A stretch of DNA of 64,000 nucleotides from an uncultured Actinomycetes bacterium (GCA_964631685.1 CAZVZU010000008.1:1-64000); one strand, 5' to 3'. Counted from the stretch's first letter, positions 48,887-59,749 are shown. Made by a program: numbers and translations. Notes: generated by a model from the letters alone, not told the origin.

Positions 48887-51526
48887 GTGCCTAAAGTGGC
48901 AATTAAGTTACTAAAAAATATTTTCGGAACAAGCAACCAGAGAGAGATTTCCAAATTAAAGCATGTTATAGATGAGATTAATTCTTTAGAAGCTAAATAT
49001 TCTGGCTTTACAAATGATGAGCTTAAGGGAATGAGGCTTAAGTTTAAAGAGGAAATTAAGGGATACCAAGGGGATAAGTTAGATAAAAAATTAGAAGAGA
49101 TTTTGCCTCAAGCCTTTGCGGTTGCGAGGGAAGGTGCCAAGAGAGCGTTGAATATGCGACCTTTTGATGTTCAACTCATTGGAGGAATAGTTCTGCATTC
49201 TGGTAAAATAGCCGAGATGGCAACCGGAGAAGGCAAAACCCTTGTGGCTGTTCTTCCCGTATACCTTAACAGTTTAACCGGGAAAGGTGTACATGTTATA
49301 ACGGTTAATGATTATCTTGCAAAGAGAGATTCGGAGTGGATGACTAAGGTTTATAATCTTTTAGGTCTTTCCGTCGGCGTAGTAACGAACGATTTAAGTG
49401 ATGAGGAAAGAAAAAAGGCTTATAATTGCGATGTAACTTATGGAACCAATAATGAATTTGGTTTTGATTATTTAAGGGATAATATGAAATTTTCTTTGGA
49501 CGATTATGTTCAAAGAAAGCTTAATTATGTAATTATAGATGAAGTGGATTCGGTGCTAATAGATGAAGCAAGAACCCCGCTTATAATTTCAGGTGAATCC
49601 GATGAAGCAACCGAGCTGTACTATAAGGCAGATGACGTTGTTAAATTTTTAAAAAAAGATACGGATTTTACCGTTGACGAAAAGTTGAAGACCGCAATTT
49701 TAACCGAAGCTGGCATTGAACGCGTTGAGCATGTATTGAACATAAAAAATATTTATGATCCGCGTCACTTGGATGCTCTTCATTCCATAAATCAGGCGTT
49801 GCGGGCACATGCCTGCTATTTCATGGATGTTGATTATTTGGTTCAGGATAATCAAGTTGTTATAGTCGATGAATTTACAGGACGACTAATGAACGGAAGG
49901 CGTTATGGAGAAGGACTTCACCAGGCGCTGGAAGCAAAAGAGCGTCTCAAGGTTGAGGGAGAAAATCAGACACTTGCAACTATTACATTTCAAAACTTTT
50001 TCAGGATGTATGATAAACTTGCCGGAATGACTGGAACGGCAGATACCGAAGCAGAGGAATTTAAAAAGATATACAATCTCGATGTAATAGTTATACCTAC
50101 TAATAAGCCTATGATTAGAGTGGACGCGACTGATTTGGTTTTTGCTACCGAGGCTGAAAAATTTAATGCGATTGCGGAAGAGATTATAGAAAAATACAAA
50201 AAGGGGCAACCGATTCTTGTAGGAACGGTTTCCGTTGAAAAGTCTGAGAGATTGAGTCTAACTTTAAAGAAAAGGGGTATCCCTCATTCTGTTTTAAATG
50301 CAAAAAATCATGCAAAAGAGGCTCATATTATTACAAATGCAGGTCAAAAAAAATCCATAACCATTGCGACTAATATGGCCGGAAGAGGGGTTGATATTGT
50401 TCTTGGCGAAGAAGTAGTAGGGTTGGGTGGTTTGCACGTTATGGGGACGGAAAGACATGAGTCTAGGCGGATAGATAATCAGCTTAGAGGTAGGTCCGGC
50501 AGGCAAGGTGATATCGGTTCTTCCAGATTTTACGTTTCATTGGAAGATGATCTTATGAGAATATTCGGTTCTGAAAAACTTGCTCCATTTCTTGAAAGGC
50601 TAGGGTTAAAAGATGGCCAAGCAATTGAGCATAAGATGATTTCAAAGGCTATAGAAAACTCTCAGAAAAAGGTTGAGGGACATAACTTTGATATACGAAA
50701 AAATCTCATAGACTACGATAATGTCATGAATAAACAGAGAGAATTGGTCTATGGTTATAGGAAGATGATTCTCCATATAAGCGAGCTTGACGAGATGCAA
50801 GACGAAATTATATTTGATATCGAATCATTAATAAGATCATACATAGAGGATTATATCCCAGAAAAATTGCATAGTATAAATTGGGATATTGACGGTCTTT
50901 TGGACGTTATAAAGGTTAACCTGGATGTAGATGTTTTATCTATTCAGTTCATGAATATTCCGGATCATAAGGATAAAGATGAGGAGACACTGAAAGGGTC
51001 GCTGGTGGAAGATTTTAGGAAACTTTCAAAGGATGAGTTGCTCGTTAGCCTTGTAGGGCTGGTTAAAAAACAGGTAGATTTAAAAATTTCCTCGTTTCCG
51101 GATGAGGATAGGATAGATATAGTTAAAGCACTTTATTTACAAGCGGCAGATAGTCTTTGGAAAGATGCGCTGACGTCCTTAGACAGCTTAAAAGAGGGCA
51201 TAGGGCTTAGGGGATATGCGCAGGTAAATCCGTTAATTGAATATCAAAAAGAGGCATATGAATTATTTATTAATATGCAATTTAGGATGAAGGAAGAGGC
51301 GATAAACTCTATTATGACCATTCGGTTAGAAGAGAGTTTAGGTGCAGGGGATATCTTTGCCGGAGCCGGTTTATATTCCGATAACCTAATTTTATCTCAT
51401 GATGAAATACTTTCCGAAAATGAATCTAAACAAAAGCCTATAGTAAAACCTAAGAAGATTGGAAGGAATGAACCGTGTCCATGTGGGAGCGGCAAAAAAT
51501 ATAAACATTGTCATGGAAAAAATTAA
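48887..51526 (+). CDS. secA: Preprotein translocase ATPase SecA
   Basis: MATGEGKT, DEVDS.LIDEARTPLIISG, ATNMAGRG, HESRRIDNQLRGRSGRQGD, SEC-C CPCGSGKKYKHCHG. Start GTG 48887 or 48896. Confidence 0.97.
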   Translation: MPKVAIKLLKNIFGTSNQREISKLKHVIDEINSLEAKYSGFTNDELKGMRLKFKEEIKGYQGDKLDKKLEEILPQAFAVAREGAKRALNMRPFDVQLIGGIVLHSGKIAEMATGEGKTLVAVLPVYLNSLTGKGVHVITVNDYLAKRDSEWMTKVYNLLGLSVGVVTNDLSDEERKKAYNCDVTYGTNNEFGFDYLRDNMKFSLDDYVQRKLNYVIIDEVDSVLIDEARTPLIISGESDEATELYYKADDVVKFLKKDTDFTVDEKLKTAILTEAGIERVEHVLNIKNIYDPRHLDALHSINQALRAHACYFMDVDYLVQDNQVVIVDEFTGRLMNGRRYGEGLHQALEAKERLKVEGENQTLATITFQNFFRMYDKLAGMTGTADTEAEEFKKIYNLDVIVIPTNKPMIRVDATDLVFATEAEKFNAIAEEIIEKYKKGQPILVGTVSVEKSERLSLTLKKRGIPHSVLNAKNHAKEAHIITNAGQKKSITIATNMAGRGVDIVLGEEVVGLGGLHVMGTERHESRRIDNQLRGRSGRQGDIGSSRFYVSLEDDLMRIFGSEKLAPFLERLGLKDGQAIEHKMISKAIENSQKKVEGHNFDIRKNLIDYDNVMNKQRELVYGYRKMILHISELDEMQDEIIFDIESLIRSYIEDYIPEKLHSINWDIDGLLDVIKVNLDVDVLSIQFMNIPDHKDKDEETLKGSLVEDFRKLSKDELLVSLVGLVKKQVDLKISSFPDEDRIDIVKALYLQAADSLWKDALTSLDSLKEGIGLRGYAQVNPLIEYQKEAYELFINMQFRMKEEAINSIMTIRLEESLGAGDIFAGAGLYSDNLILSHDEILSENESKQKPIVKPKKIGRNEPCPCGSGKKYKHCHGKN

Positions 51527-51538
51527 TCAATTTAGTAA

Positions 51539-52729
51539 ATGAGTGTTAAAAATTTTTTATTTTCGGCTAAATCTTCAGGGCTAAAGAAGGACGGTGGTTT
51601 AGATGTCGGATTAATGATATCCGAAATTCCGTTGAGGGTCAGTGCTGTTTTTACGAAAAATAAAATCAAAGCGGCACCTGTTGTTATCTCAAAAAGACAT
51701 TCCAAGAATACTATTAAGGCATTGATCGTAAACTCAGGCAATGCGAATGCTTGTGAAGGCAAGGACGGATTAAGCGATGCTCTTAGGGTTATTAAGTCTG
51801 TTGCTGAAGAGATAGGGATTGCCGAGGATAATATTATTATCTGTTCTACGGGGGTAATCGGAGAAAGGCTTGATGCTTCATTGATAGAAAACGTTGTTCC
51901 GCAATTGGTAAAATCTGCAGATGAGAGCGGTTTGAATGATTTTGCAAAATCTATAATGACCACTGACACATTCTCCAAGACAGCGTCCAGAAATGTTTTT
52001 ATAAATGATGTAAAATATAGAATAACAGGTGTAGCAAAGGGCTCAGGCATGATAATGCCCAATATGGCAACTATGCTTGCCTTTATCTTTACGGATATTC
52101 CCCTCACTAAAAAGATAGCGGACATTATGTTCAAAGATTGTGTGAACGGCTCATTTAATTCTATCACCGTTGACGGAGATACTTCGACAAACGATACCGC
52201 TGCTTTCTTTTACCCCGATGCAGGGCTGGGAGATTCGTGCGACGTTTTGGTTGAGAAATCGGATATGAATTATGGGTTAATCAAAAACACTCTTGGCGAA
52301 GTATGTTTTGAATTGGCAAAAATGATTGTAAAAGATGGTGAAGGCGCGTCAAAGTTTGTAACGATTACCGTGGTTAATGCTTATACGGAAACAGCGGCTA
52401 AGCGCGTTGCATTTACCATTGCAAATTCCAGTCTTTTTAAAACAATGATTACCGGAGAGGATTTAAATTGGGGGCGAATAATTGCCGCGATAGGAAGGTC
52501 GTCTGTCAAAATAAAACCTGACAATATAGATATTTATATAAATGATAAAATGATAGTCGAAGATTCCATTGCATCAAAAAAGATAGATAAAGATGTAGAA
52601 GAGACGATATTGTCACCAAAAGAGATAGATTTAAAAATAGATCTTCATTGCGGTAATGCCGTTGGAACAGTTTTGACGTGTAATTTAACCAAAGAGTATG
52701 TGGACATAAACGCTTCATATAGAAGTTAG
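51539..52729 (+). CDS. argJ: Ornithine acetyltransferase / N-acetylglutamate synthase
   Basis: NSGNANAC, STGVIG, IMTTDT, KGSGMIMPNMATML, DGDTSTND, DGEGASK, NWGRI, INASYRS. Confidence 0.96.
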   Translation: MSVKNFLFSAKSSGLKKDGGLDVGLMISEIPLRVSAVFTKNKIKAAPVVISKRHSKNTIKALIVNSGNANACEGKDGLSDALRVIKSVAEEIGIAEDNIIICSTGVIGERLDASLIENVVPQLVKSADESGLNDFAKSIMTTDTFSKTASRNVFINDVKYRITGVAKGSGMIMPNMATMLAFIFTDIPLTKKIADIMFKDCVNGSFNSITVDGDTSTNDTAAFFYPDAGLGDSCDVLVEKSDMNYGLIKNTLGEVCFELAKMIVKDGEGASKFVTITVVNAYTETAAKRVAFTIANSSLFKTMITGEDLNWGRIIAAIGRSSVKIKPDNIDIYINDKMIVEDSIASKKIDKDVEETILSPKEIDLKIDLHCGNAVGTVLTCNLTKEYVDINASYRS

Positions 52730-52746
52730 TCTCAAAACGCAAATTT

Positions 52747-53454
52747 ATGAAAATACCTATTTTATATTATCATAAGATAGATTTCCCCAAAAAAAATGCA
52801 GTATATAAAGGTTTATACGTAACTCCAAAACAGTTCAAAAGGCAAATGTTTTTATTGAAAATTTTGGGTTATCATTCCATAAATCCGAAAGAACTTTTAC
52901 GTTTCGTCAAGGGACATAAGCCTCGTGTGAAAAAGCCGATATTAATCACATTTGATGATGGATATGAAAATAATTTCCTTAATGCTTATCCTATATTGAA
53001 AACTATGGGTTTTACAGCTTTATTTTTTATAAGTACCGGGCTTATTGGAAAAAAGAAATCCGTATTAGATGAAAGGGAGACTATCCCAGAGGATTTTTTA
53101 AGTAAAAATAAGATTAGATTAATGCATAATGATGGTTTTTTTGTTGGCTCTCACGGGATTAATCATTATCATCTTAATAGAGTAGAAGAGGGTGTTTTAA
53201 TAGGTGAATTAATTGCATCCAAGGCTTACCTGGAAAATATATTGGAGACCGATATAGATTTTTTTTCATACCCCTTTGGCAGTTATAACCTTGATATTAT
53301 GAGAGCTGTAAAAAACGCCGGATATTTAGCTGCATTTACGACGGTAAAAGGTAAGGTAAAAACCGGAGATAATTCATATGAATTAAAAAGAATATCTGTT
53401 AACGGATATAATACTATTTTTAATTTTCTTTTTAAAATAATTTTCTTGCAATAA
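52747..53454 (+). CDS. Polysaccharide deacetylase (CE4)
   Basis: ILYYHKI, ITFDDGY, GSHGINH, FSYPFG. Confidence 0.9.
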   Translation: MKIPILYYHKIDFPKKNAVYKGLYVTPKQFKRQMFLLKILGYHSINPKELLRFVKGHKPRVKKPILITFDDGYENNFLNAYPILKTMGFTALFFISTGLIGKKKSVLDERETIPEDFLSKNKIRLMHNDGFFVGSHGINHYHLNRVEEGVLIGELIASKAYLENILETDIDFFSYPFGSYNLDIMRAVKNAGYLAAFTTVKGKVKTGDNSYELKRISVNGYNTIFNFLFKIIFLQ

Positions 53455-53509
53455 AAGTGTAAAAATGATAAAAGGATAAATTCGTTATTTAAAATTAATC
53501 AAAATCGTA

Positions 53510-53563
53510 CCCATCTGCCAGCTGTGCTTGTTAGGTTTACTACGGATGGGGATAAAAAAGCGC
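53510..53563 (+). ncRNA. Putative structured rpsB (S2) leader
   Basis: CCCATCTG (53510-17) pairs with CGGATGGG (53543-50). GTGCTT (53524-29) pairs with AAGCGC (53558-63), just before the AGGAG RBS. Confidence 0.45.
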
Positions 53564-53577
53564 AAAAGGAGAAGAAA

Positions 53578-54405
53578 ATGCCATTTAATGTAACGATTAA
53601 ACAGTTGTTGGAAGCGGGTGTTCATTTCGGTCATCAAACAAAAAGGTGGAATCCAAAGATGAGGCCTTACATCTACGGGGCGAGAAACGGGATACATATA
53701 ATTGATCTCCAGAAGTCTCTGCCTTATTTTCAGGAGGCATACGATAAGGTGTCGGAGATTGCTAGCACCGGAGGAGTAATCCTTTTTATAGGTACAAAAA
53801 AGCAGGCCAATTCTATTATCGTAGAAGAGTCAAAAAGGTGCAATATGCCCTATGTTAATGAAAGATGGCTTGGCGGTATGCTCACCAATTTTGCTACAAT
53901 CAAGCTTTCTATCATGAGGTTAAAAGAGCTTGAAAGGCTTAAGGAATCCGAAGAATTTTTTAAATTCACAAAGAAAGAAATGCTAAAGATGGATAAGGAT
54001 AGCTTAAAACTTCAGAGAGTTCTTAATGGAATCAGGGATATGGAAAAGATTCCGGATGCAGTTTTTGTAGTAGATATTCACCACGAAATAATTGCTGTTA
54101 ACGAGGCGAAAAGACTTGAAATTCCGATTATAGGCGTTGCGGATACAAATGCCGATCCTATGTTTGTTAATTACATAATTCCAGGAAATGACGATGCAAT
54201 AAGGGCAATCAAGTTAATCATGAGCGTGATGGCGGATGCTGTTTTGGAAGGCACGAAAATTTACGAAGGAAGATTTAATAAAGGAAAGACAAGTAATAAT
54301 ATCACAGGGGATATTAATGAAGATACATTTGAATCACCTGCTGCTGAAGAACCGAAGGCAAGCGTGAGTTCCACCGGCGGAGATAACGACGATGTTTCTA
54401 TATAA
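53578..54405 (+). CDS. rpsB: 30S ribosomal protein S2
   Basis: LLEAGVHFGHQTKRWNPKM, RWLGGMLTNF, IPGNDDAIRAI. ATG 53578 follows AGGAG. Confidence 0.97.
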   Translation: MPFNVTIKQLLEAGVHFGHQTKRWNPKMRPYIYGARNGIHIIDLQKSLPYFQEAYDKVSEIASTGGVILFIGTKKQANSIIVEESKRCNMPYVNERWLGGMLTNFATIKLSIMRLKELERLKESEEFFKFTKKEMLKMDKDSLKLQRVLNGIRDMEKIPDAVFVVDIHHEIIAVNEAKRLEIPIIGVADTNADPMFVNYIIPGNDDAIRAIKLIMSVMADAVLEGTKIYEGRFNKGKTSNNITGDINEDTFESPAAEEPKASVSSTGGDNDDVSI

Positions 54406-54431
54406 TATATAAAGCCAAGGAGGGTAAATAA

Positions 54432-55037
54432 TTGGAAAAAACATCAAAGATTGATGCGGGATTAGTTAAGGATTTGCGTTCGGCGACCGGAGCCGGTTTT
54501 GTTAATTGCAAGGATGCCCTTGTCGAAACCGATGGAGATATAAATAAAGCAATTGACATATTAAGGAAAAAGGGGCTTGCGAAAGCGCAAAAAAAGGCCA
54601 ACAGAGAGGCAAGAGAAGGATTAATATATTCTTATATTCATACAGGGGGAAGGATTGGCGTTTTATTGGAGATAAATTGCGAAACAGATTTTGTTGCAAG
54701 AACATCAGAATTTCAAGAGCTTGCCAAAAATATCGCAATGCATGTAGCCGCTTCGAATCCACTTTACACAAAGAGGGAACTTGTTCCTTCAGAGCTGATA
54801 TCAAAAGAAAAAGAGATATACGAAGAACAACTTATTAAAATGAATAAACCGCAAGCAGTTAAAGAAAAAATAGTTAGCGGTAAATTAGAGAAGTATTATC
54901 AAGAGACATGCCTATTGGAGCAACCTTTTATAAAGGATCCGTCGAAAAATATTCTGGGCATAATAAGTGATGAAATTGCAAGGTTAGGAGAAAACATAAT
55001 TCTAAAAAGATTTGTACGATATCAATTAGGGGAGTAA
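54432..55037 (+). CDS. tsf: Elongation factor Ts (short form)
   Basis: LR..TGAG...[27 protein letters not shown]...RFVRY. TTG start with AGGAGG. Confidence 0.96.
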   Translation: MEKTSKIDAGLVKDLRSATGAGFVNCKDALVETDGDINKAIDILRKKGLAKAQKKANREAREGLIYSYIHTGGRIGVLLEINCETDFVARTSEFQELAKNIAMHVAASNPLYTKRELVPSELISKEKEIYEEQLIKMNKPQAVKEKIVSGKLEKYYQETCLLEQPFIKDPSKNILGIISDEIARLGENIILKRFVRYQLGE

Positions 55038-55038
55038 C

Positions 55039-55764
55039 GTGAGCGAATCTTGCTATAAAAGAATATTGCTTAAGGTTAGTGGAGAGGCCTTGGCCGGTGA
55101 AAGCGGTTGCGGAATAGACCCTACCGTTATTAATTTTGTTTCGAATGAAATTAAATTGATAACGGATTTAGGCATTGAGGTCGCTATCGTTATAGGCGGT
55201 GGTAATATCTTTAGAGGTTTTAATACTTCGCATAAGGGGCTCGGCATAGAAAGGTCTTCCGCCGATTATATGGGTATGCTTGCTACGGTTATCAATGCAT
55301 TGGCGTTGCAATCAAGTTTAGAAGACAAAGGGGTTATATCTAGGGTCCAGACGGCTATCGCTATGCAACAGGTTGCGGAACCTTATATTAGGCGTAGGGC
55401 AATAAGACATTTAGAAAAGAAAAGGATTGTTATATTTGCTGCAGGGACTGGAAATCCTTATTTTACTACGGATACTGCTGCTTCACTAAGGGCGATGGAA
55501 ATACATGCGGATGTCATACTCAAAGCAACGCGTATAGATGGGGTGTATGACAACGACCCGCTTTTAAATAAAGAAGCCGTAAAATTTAGCAAACTTTCCT
55601 ATATTGATGTTTTGAATAAAAATCTAAAGGTGATGGATTCTACCGCCATTTCAATGTGTATGGATAATTCACTCCCTATAATTGTCTTTAATCTACTGGT
55701 TGCCGGTAACTTATCAAGGGTTGTTACAGGCGAAGCTATTGGAACTATTATCAAAAACCTTTAA
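55039..55764 (+). CDS. pyrH: UMP kinase
   Basis: [39 protein letters not shown]. Confidence 0.97.
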   Translation: MSESCYKRILLKVSGEALAGESGCGIDPTVINFVSNEIKLITDLGIEVAIVIGGGNIFRGFNTSHKGLGIERSSADYMGMLATVINALALQSSLEDKGVISRVQTAIAMQQVAEPYIRRRAIRHLEKKRIVIFAAGTGNPYFTTDTAASLRAMEIHADVILKATRIDGVYDNDPLLNKEAVKFSKLSYIDVLNKNLKVMDSTAISMCMDNSLPIIVFNLLVAGNLSRVVTGEAIGTIIKNL

Positions 55765-55786
55765 TTTTTGTTTTTAAGGTGAAAAT

Positions 55787-56347
55787 ATGGATGAGATAGA
55801 AATTTCTAGTGAAGTTACAAAAAAAATGTCAATGGCTCTTGTCAGCTATAAGAGCGAACTATCAAGGATTAGAACCGGCCGAGCTTCTACGGGACTTATA
55901 GATGGCATAAATGTAGAATATTACGGGTCCATTTCGCCACTTATAAGACTTGCATCCATTTCCGTGCCGGATAGCAGGACCATAATGATAAATTCATGGG
56001 ATGTCAATTCTCTTCCAGCTATAGAGAAGGCAATACGGAAGTATGATTCGTCGTTAAATCCTTCCAACGACGGTAAAAGTATAATTATTGTTATACCCCA
56101 ATTAACACAGGAAAGGCGTAAGGAAATCATAAAACAGTTAAATAAGCTTGCAGAGTCCATAAAGCAAGAAATAAGGAACTATAGGCGGACTTTTAACGAA
56201 AAGATTAAAACGGCGGAAAAGTCAAAAGAAATATCAGAGGATATGGCAGTGAGATTACAAAAGAAGGTTCAAGAATTAACCAACAGCTTCGTTAAAGAGG
56301 TGGACGAAACTACAAAGCGTAAGGAAAAAGATATAATGATGGTTTAA
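55787..56347 (+). CDS. frr: Ribosome recycling factor
   Basis: RIRTGRAS, VEYYG, LNPSNDG, PQLTQERR, IRNYRR. Confidence 0.95.
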   Translation: MDEIEISSEVTKKMSMALVSYKSELSRIRTGRASTGLIDGINVEYYGSISPLIRLASISVPDSRTIMINSWDVNSLPAIEKAIRKYDSSLNPSNDGKSIIIVIPQLTQERRKEIIKQLNKLAESIKQEIRNYRRTFNEKIKTAEKSKEISEDMAVRLQKKVQELTNSFVKEVDETTKRKEKDIMMV

Positions 56348-56358
56348 GTTCTTCTGGT

Positions 56359-57084
56359 ATGATAAAAAAAATTAAGTTGAAAAATGTCCCTAAGCATCTT
56401 GCCATAATCATGGATGGAAACGGGAGATGGGCAAAAAAAAAGAATTTAAACAGAATACATGGGCATATAAAGGGGATAAAATCTTTAAGGGCTATTGTTG
56501 CCGCTGCCATGGAATACAATATCAAATATCTTACCGTTTATTCGTTTTCTTCTGAAAATTGGCAGAGACCTAAGTTGGAAGTAGACTCTTTGATGCACTT
56601 GCTGTACGAGTATCTTAATTCAGAACTTCCTTACCTTATAAAAAATAAAATAAGGCTTAATTTTATAGGAAATATAGAAAAGCTTCCTGATAATTCGAAA
56701 AAAACACTTTTGAATGTCATTGACGAAACAAAGATGTTCGACAACCTGCACTTAACTCTTGCGCTAAGTTATGGTTCTAGGGAAGAGATATTAAGGGCGA
56801 CGGTTAGTATAGTTAGGGATATAAGGGATAATAAGATAGACATAGAGCATATAGACGAAGATAAGTTTTCAACTTATCTTTATACGAGGGATATGCCTGA
56901 CCCGGATTTTCTTATCAGAACGAGCGGGGAGCAAAGAATATCCAACTTTATGCTTTATCAAAATGCTTATACCGAAATATATTTTACAAAAACTTTATGG
57001 CCTGATTTTGGTAGGAAAGAATTTATCAGGGCGTTGCAAAATTATGAAAATAGAGTCAGAAGGTTCGGGAAAACAGAGGTTTGA
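56359..57084 (+). CDS. uppS: Undecaprenyl diphosphate synthase
   Basis: HLAIIMDGNGRWA, FSSENWQRP, YGSREEI, PDPDFLIRTSGEQRISNF, RRFG. Confidence 0.96.
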   Translation: MIKKIKLKNVPKHLAIIMDGNGRWAKKKNLNRIHGHIKGIKSLRAIVAAAMEYNIKYLTVYSFSSENWQRPKLEVDSLMHLLYEYLNSELPYLIKNKIRLNFIGNIEKLPDNSKKTLLNVIDETKMFDNLHLTLALSYGSREEILRATVSIVRDIRDNKIDIEHIDEDKFSTYLYTRDMPDPDFLIRTSGEQRISNFMLYQNAYTEIYFTKTLWPDFGRKEFIRALQNYENRVRRFGKTEV

Positions 57085-57886
57085 TGTTAAAAGGTTTATA
57101 TTTGGCATTCTCTTTGGCATTATTATAATTCTGTCTATTTTTTTACTTAATAGGCTTGAGTTCTTCTTTATCTGTGTCATTTTAATTGCGTTGTCCGTTT
57201 ATGAATTATTCTCGATATTTGATTTGAATAATTATAAATATTTTATTCTTCCTGAGATTCTGTCTGTCTTGGTTGCTTTTGCATCCGTTTTCTTATCCCC
57301 CTCTGCACTTATTTTTGTGATGTTTCTATCCATTTTTTTGATTCTGTTTAAAAATGTTGTTTTTTTTAAGAATGATTCTGGAAAAAGTTTATTTTTAGAC
57401 ATATTTTCTGTCTTTTACGCTGGTTTTTTTATTTCTTATTTATCAAAAATATTAAATTTAAATAACGGAAGATTGTTATTGTTGCTCCTGTTTGTTCTAA
57501 TATGGGCGTCCGACATTTTTGCATATTATGGCGGCAGGCATTTTGGAAGGCACAAATTATTTTTATCGCTGAGCCCTAAAAAAACTATAGAAGGTGCATT
57601 AATAGGGCTTTTATCTGCTATCTTTGTGGTCCTTATATGTAGAATTTTTATAGCGGATCACTATATCTTTACCTTTATCGCATTTATTATCTTGTCTGTT
57701 TCGACTATAATTTTAGGAATGATCGGCGATCTAACCGAATCATTATTGAAAAGGATTGGGCAAAAAAAGGATTCTGGGTTTTTAATTCCCGGTCATGGCG
57801 GAATTTTAGATAGAATAGATAGCCTAATATTGGCAGCGCCGTTTTTTTATTATATTGCATTATTTTTATTGAATTTTAAAAATTAA
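57044..57886 (+). CDS. cdsA: Phosphatidate cytidylyltransferase
   Basis: WASDIFAY, SPKKTIEG, GDLTES..KR....KDSG..IPGHGGILDRIDS. Start uncertain. Confidence 0.92.
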   Translation: MKIESEGSGKQRFDVKRFIFGILFGIIIILSIFLLNRLEFFFICVILIALSVYELFSIFDLNNYKYFILPEILSVLVAFASVFLSPSALIFVMFLSIFLILFKNVVFFKNDSGKSLFLDIFSVFYAGFFISYLSKILNLNNGRLLLLLLFVLIWASDIFAYYGGRHFGRHKLFLSLSPKKTIEGALIGLLSAIFVVLICRIFIADHYIFTFIAFIILSVSTIILGMIGDLTESLLKRIGQKKDSGFLIPGHGGILDRIDSLILAAPFFYYIALFLLNFKN

Positions 57887-57908
57887 ATTAAACATTTAAA
57901 ATAGCCTA

Positions 57909-59060
57909 ATGAAAAACATATTTATTGCCGGGTCCACGGGATCTATAGGAAAAAATGCGATTGAGACAGCGCTCGCTTATCCGGAAAAATTGTCTGTAAA
58001 AGCGCTTGCCGCAGGACATTTTACTGAAAGATTAAAGGAGCAGATTGTAAAATTAAATCCATCATACTGCATTCTTCCGCTAAAAACCGAAATAGACAAG
58101 GCAAAATCGGAAATAGACAACCTGAGTGGTATTAAAACTAAATTTCTTTATGGCGAAGATGGGTTAAAAGAGATGGTGTTTAATGAAGATTTGGATATTG
58201 TTTTAAATGCAATTAGCGGTTCATCGGGGCTAATGCTTTCATATTGGAGCGTTAAAGCAGGCAAAAATTTGGCTCTTGCAAACAAAGAATCTATGGTTAT
58301 GGCAGGTGATATTTTAAATAGAGTTGCTAAGTCCGATAACGCAAATATTATTCCCGTTGACTCTGAACATTCGGCCTTGTTTCAATGTTTGAATTGTGGC
58401 AATAATGCTGATTTGAATAAATTAATTCTTACAGCATCCGGCGGTCCTTTTTATAATATCCCTGAAAAAAAATTATGTAGCGTGACAAAAGATATGGCAT
58501 TAAAGCATCCTAAATGGAAAATGGGCAAAAAGATTACAATTGATTCGTCTACCCTTGCCAACAAAGGGCTCGAGATAATAGAAGCACATTATTTATTTGA
58601 TGTTGATGAACAAGCTATAGATGTTTTAATACATCCGCAGGCCGTAGTACATTCTATGATTGAGTTTATGGACGGTTCCATTATAGCGCAAATGGCACAA
58701 GCCGATATGAAAGGTCCTATAGGCTATGCTTTTTCTTACCCTGACCGTTTTCATGGATTAATGAAGCCGCTTAATCTTGCCCAAATTGGCAGACTTGAGT
58801 TTTTAAAGCCGGATACGCGAAAATTTCCTTTTTTAAATCTTGCGAGAGAAACTTTGCGGGTTGGCAGAAGTATGCCAGCTATATTTTGTGAGGCTAATGA
58901 ATTTTTTGTTAACTCCTTTCTGCATGATAAGATTTCTTTTACTGACATAGCATTTAATGTTGGAATTGTTATGGAAAAACACAAGCCCTTTGAAATTAAT
59001 GATATAGAAGATGTTCTTGAGGCGCGCAGGCAGGCGCGGGCATTAGCTAAAAATCTTTAA
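57909..59060 (+). CDS. dxr: 1-deoxy-D-xylulose 5-phosphate reductoisomerase
   Basis: GSTGSIG, LANKES, PVDSEH, TASGGPF, HPKWKMGKKITIDS, NKGLE.IEAHYLF. Confidence 0.96.
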   Translation: MKNIFIAGSTGSIGKNAIETALAYPEKLSVKALAAGHFTERLKEQIVKLNPSYCILPLKTEIDKAKSEIDNLSGIKTKFLYGEDGLKEMVFNEDLDIVLNAISGSSGLMLSYWSVKAGKNLALANKESMVMAGDILNRVAKSDNANIIPVDSEHSALFQCLNCGNNADLNKLILTASGGPFYNIPEKKLCSVTKDMALKHPKWKMGKKITIDSSTLANKGLEIIEAHYLFDVDEQAIDVLIHPQAVVHSMIEFMDGSIIAQMAQADMKGPIGYAFSYPDRFHGLMKPLNLAQIGRLEFLKPDTRKFPFLNLARETLRVGRSMPAIFCEANEFFVNSFLHDKISFTDIAFNVGIVMEKHKPFEINDIEDVLEARRQARALAKNL

Positions 59061-59176
59061 ACTCATGATTTAAGGATACACTTCCTTACATATTTGTTAT
59101 ATAATGATACGAATATAAATATATTTTAGATACCTTTCGCAAGAAGCATATAGAGAATTTTCATGGAGCATCCATT

Positions 59177-59689
59177 ATGATAATATTGCCTTATTTGGAA
59201 AAATTTCCTGATATTAACGAAACGGTATATTTATGCGATAATGTGGTTATTGTGGGCGATGTTGAGATAAAACGAGGGGCAAGCATATGGTTTGGGTCCG
59301 TCGTCAGGGGGGATGTGAATTACATACGAATAGGCGAAAATACAAATATCCAAGATAATAGTGTCCTTCATGTTTATCACGATATCGGTCCGCTTGTAAT
59401 AGGCAACGGTGTTACGGTAGGGCATAGCGTAAACCTTCACGGGTGCGAGATAGGAGATAACTGTCTCATAGGAATTGGGGCAATAGTTTTGACGGGGGCA
59501 AGGATTGGAAAAAATAGTATAATTGCCGCCGGAACAGTTGTGAAAGAAAATGCAGTTATTCCGGAAGGTTCCTTGGTTGCCGGTGTTCCGGGTGTTATAA
59601 AAAAGAAACTCAAACAAAACGAAATAGATAGTATTAAAGAATCGGCGGTTAACTATGCCGGCTATGTTAAAAATTACAGAATAAATTAA
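59177..59689 (+). CDS. Gamma carbonic anhydrase family protein (YrdA-like)
   Basis: IWFGSVVRGD, NIQDNSVLH, TVGH...LHGC hexapeptide repeats. Confidence 0.92.
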   Translation: MIILPYLEKFPDINETVYLCDNVVIVGDVEIKRGASIWFGSVVRGDVNYIRIGENTNIQDNSVLHVYHDIGPLVIGNGVTVGHSVNLHGCEIGDNCLIGIGAIVLTGARIGKNSIIAAGTVVKENAVIPEGSLVAGVPGVIKKKLKQNEIDSIKESAVNYAGYVKNYRIN

Positions 59690-59749
59690 ATATCATTCAG
59701 TTACTCATATGTTTGCAAAATTAGTATTAAAAGTGAGGGTCGACAGGTA

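Noticed and set aside
51532..52167. 211-aa minus-strand ORF
   Set aside because: It lies almost entirely antisense to the well-conserved argJ and is a codon-mirror artefact.
54432..55037. Truncated EF-Ts pseudogene
   Set aside because: The ~200-aa short EF-Ts is a known functional form and its motifs are intact.
59061..59176. Absence of rseP after dxr as a notable loss
   Set aside because: Rearrangement at this point is common and the gene may lie elsewhere in the genome.
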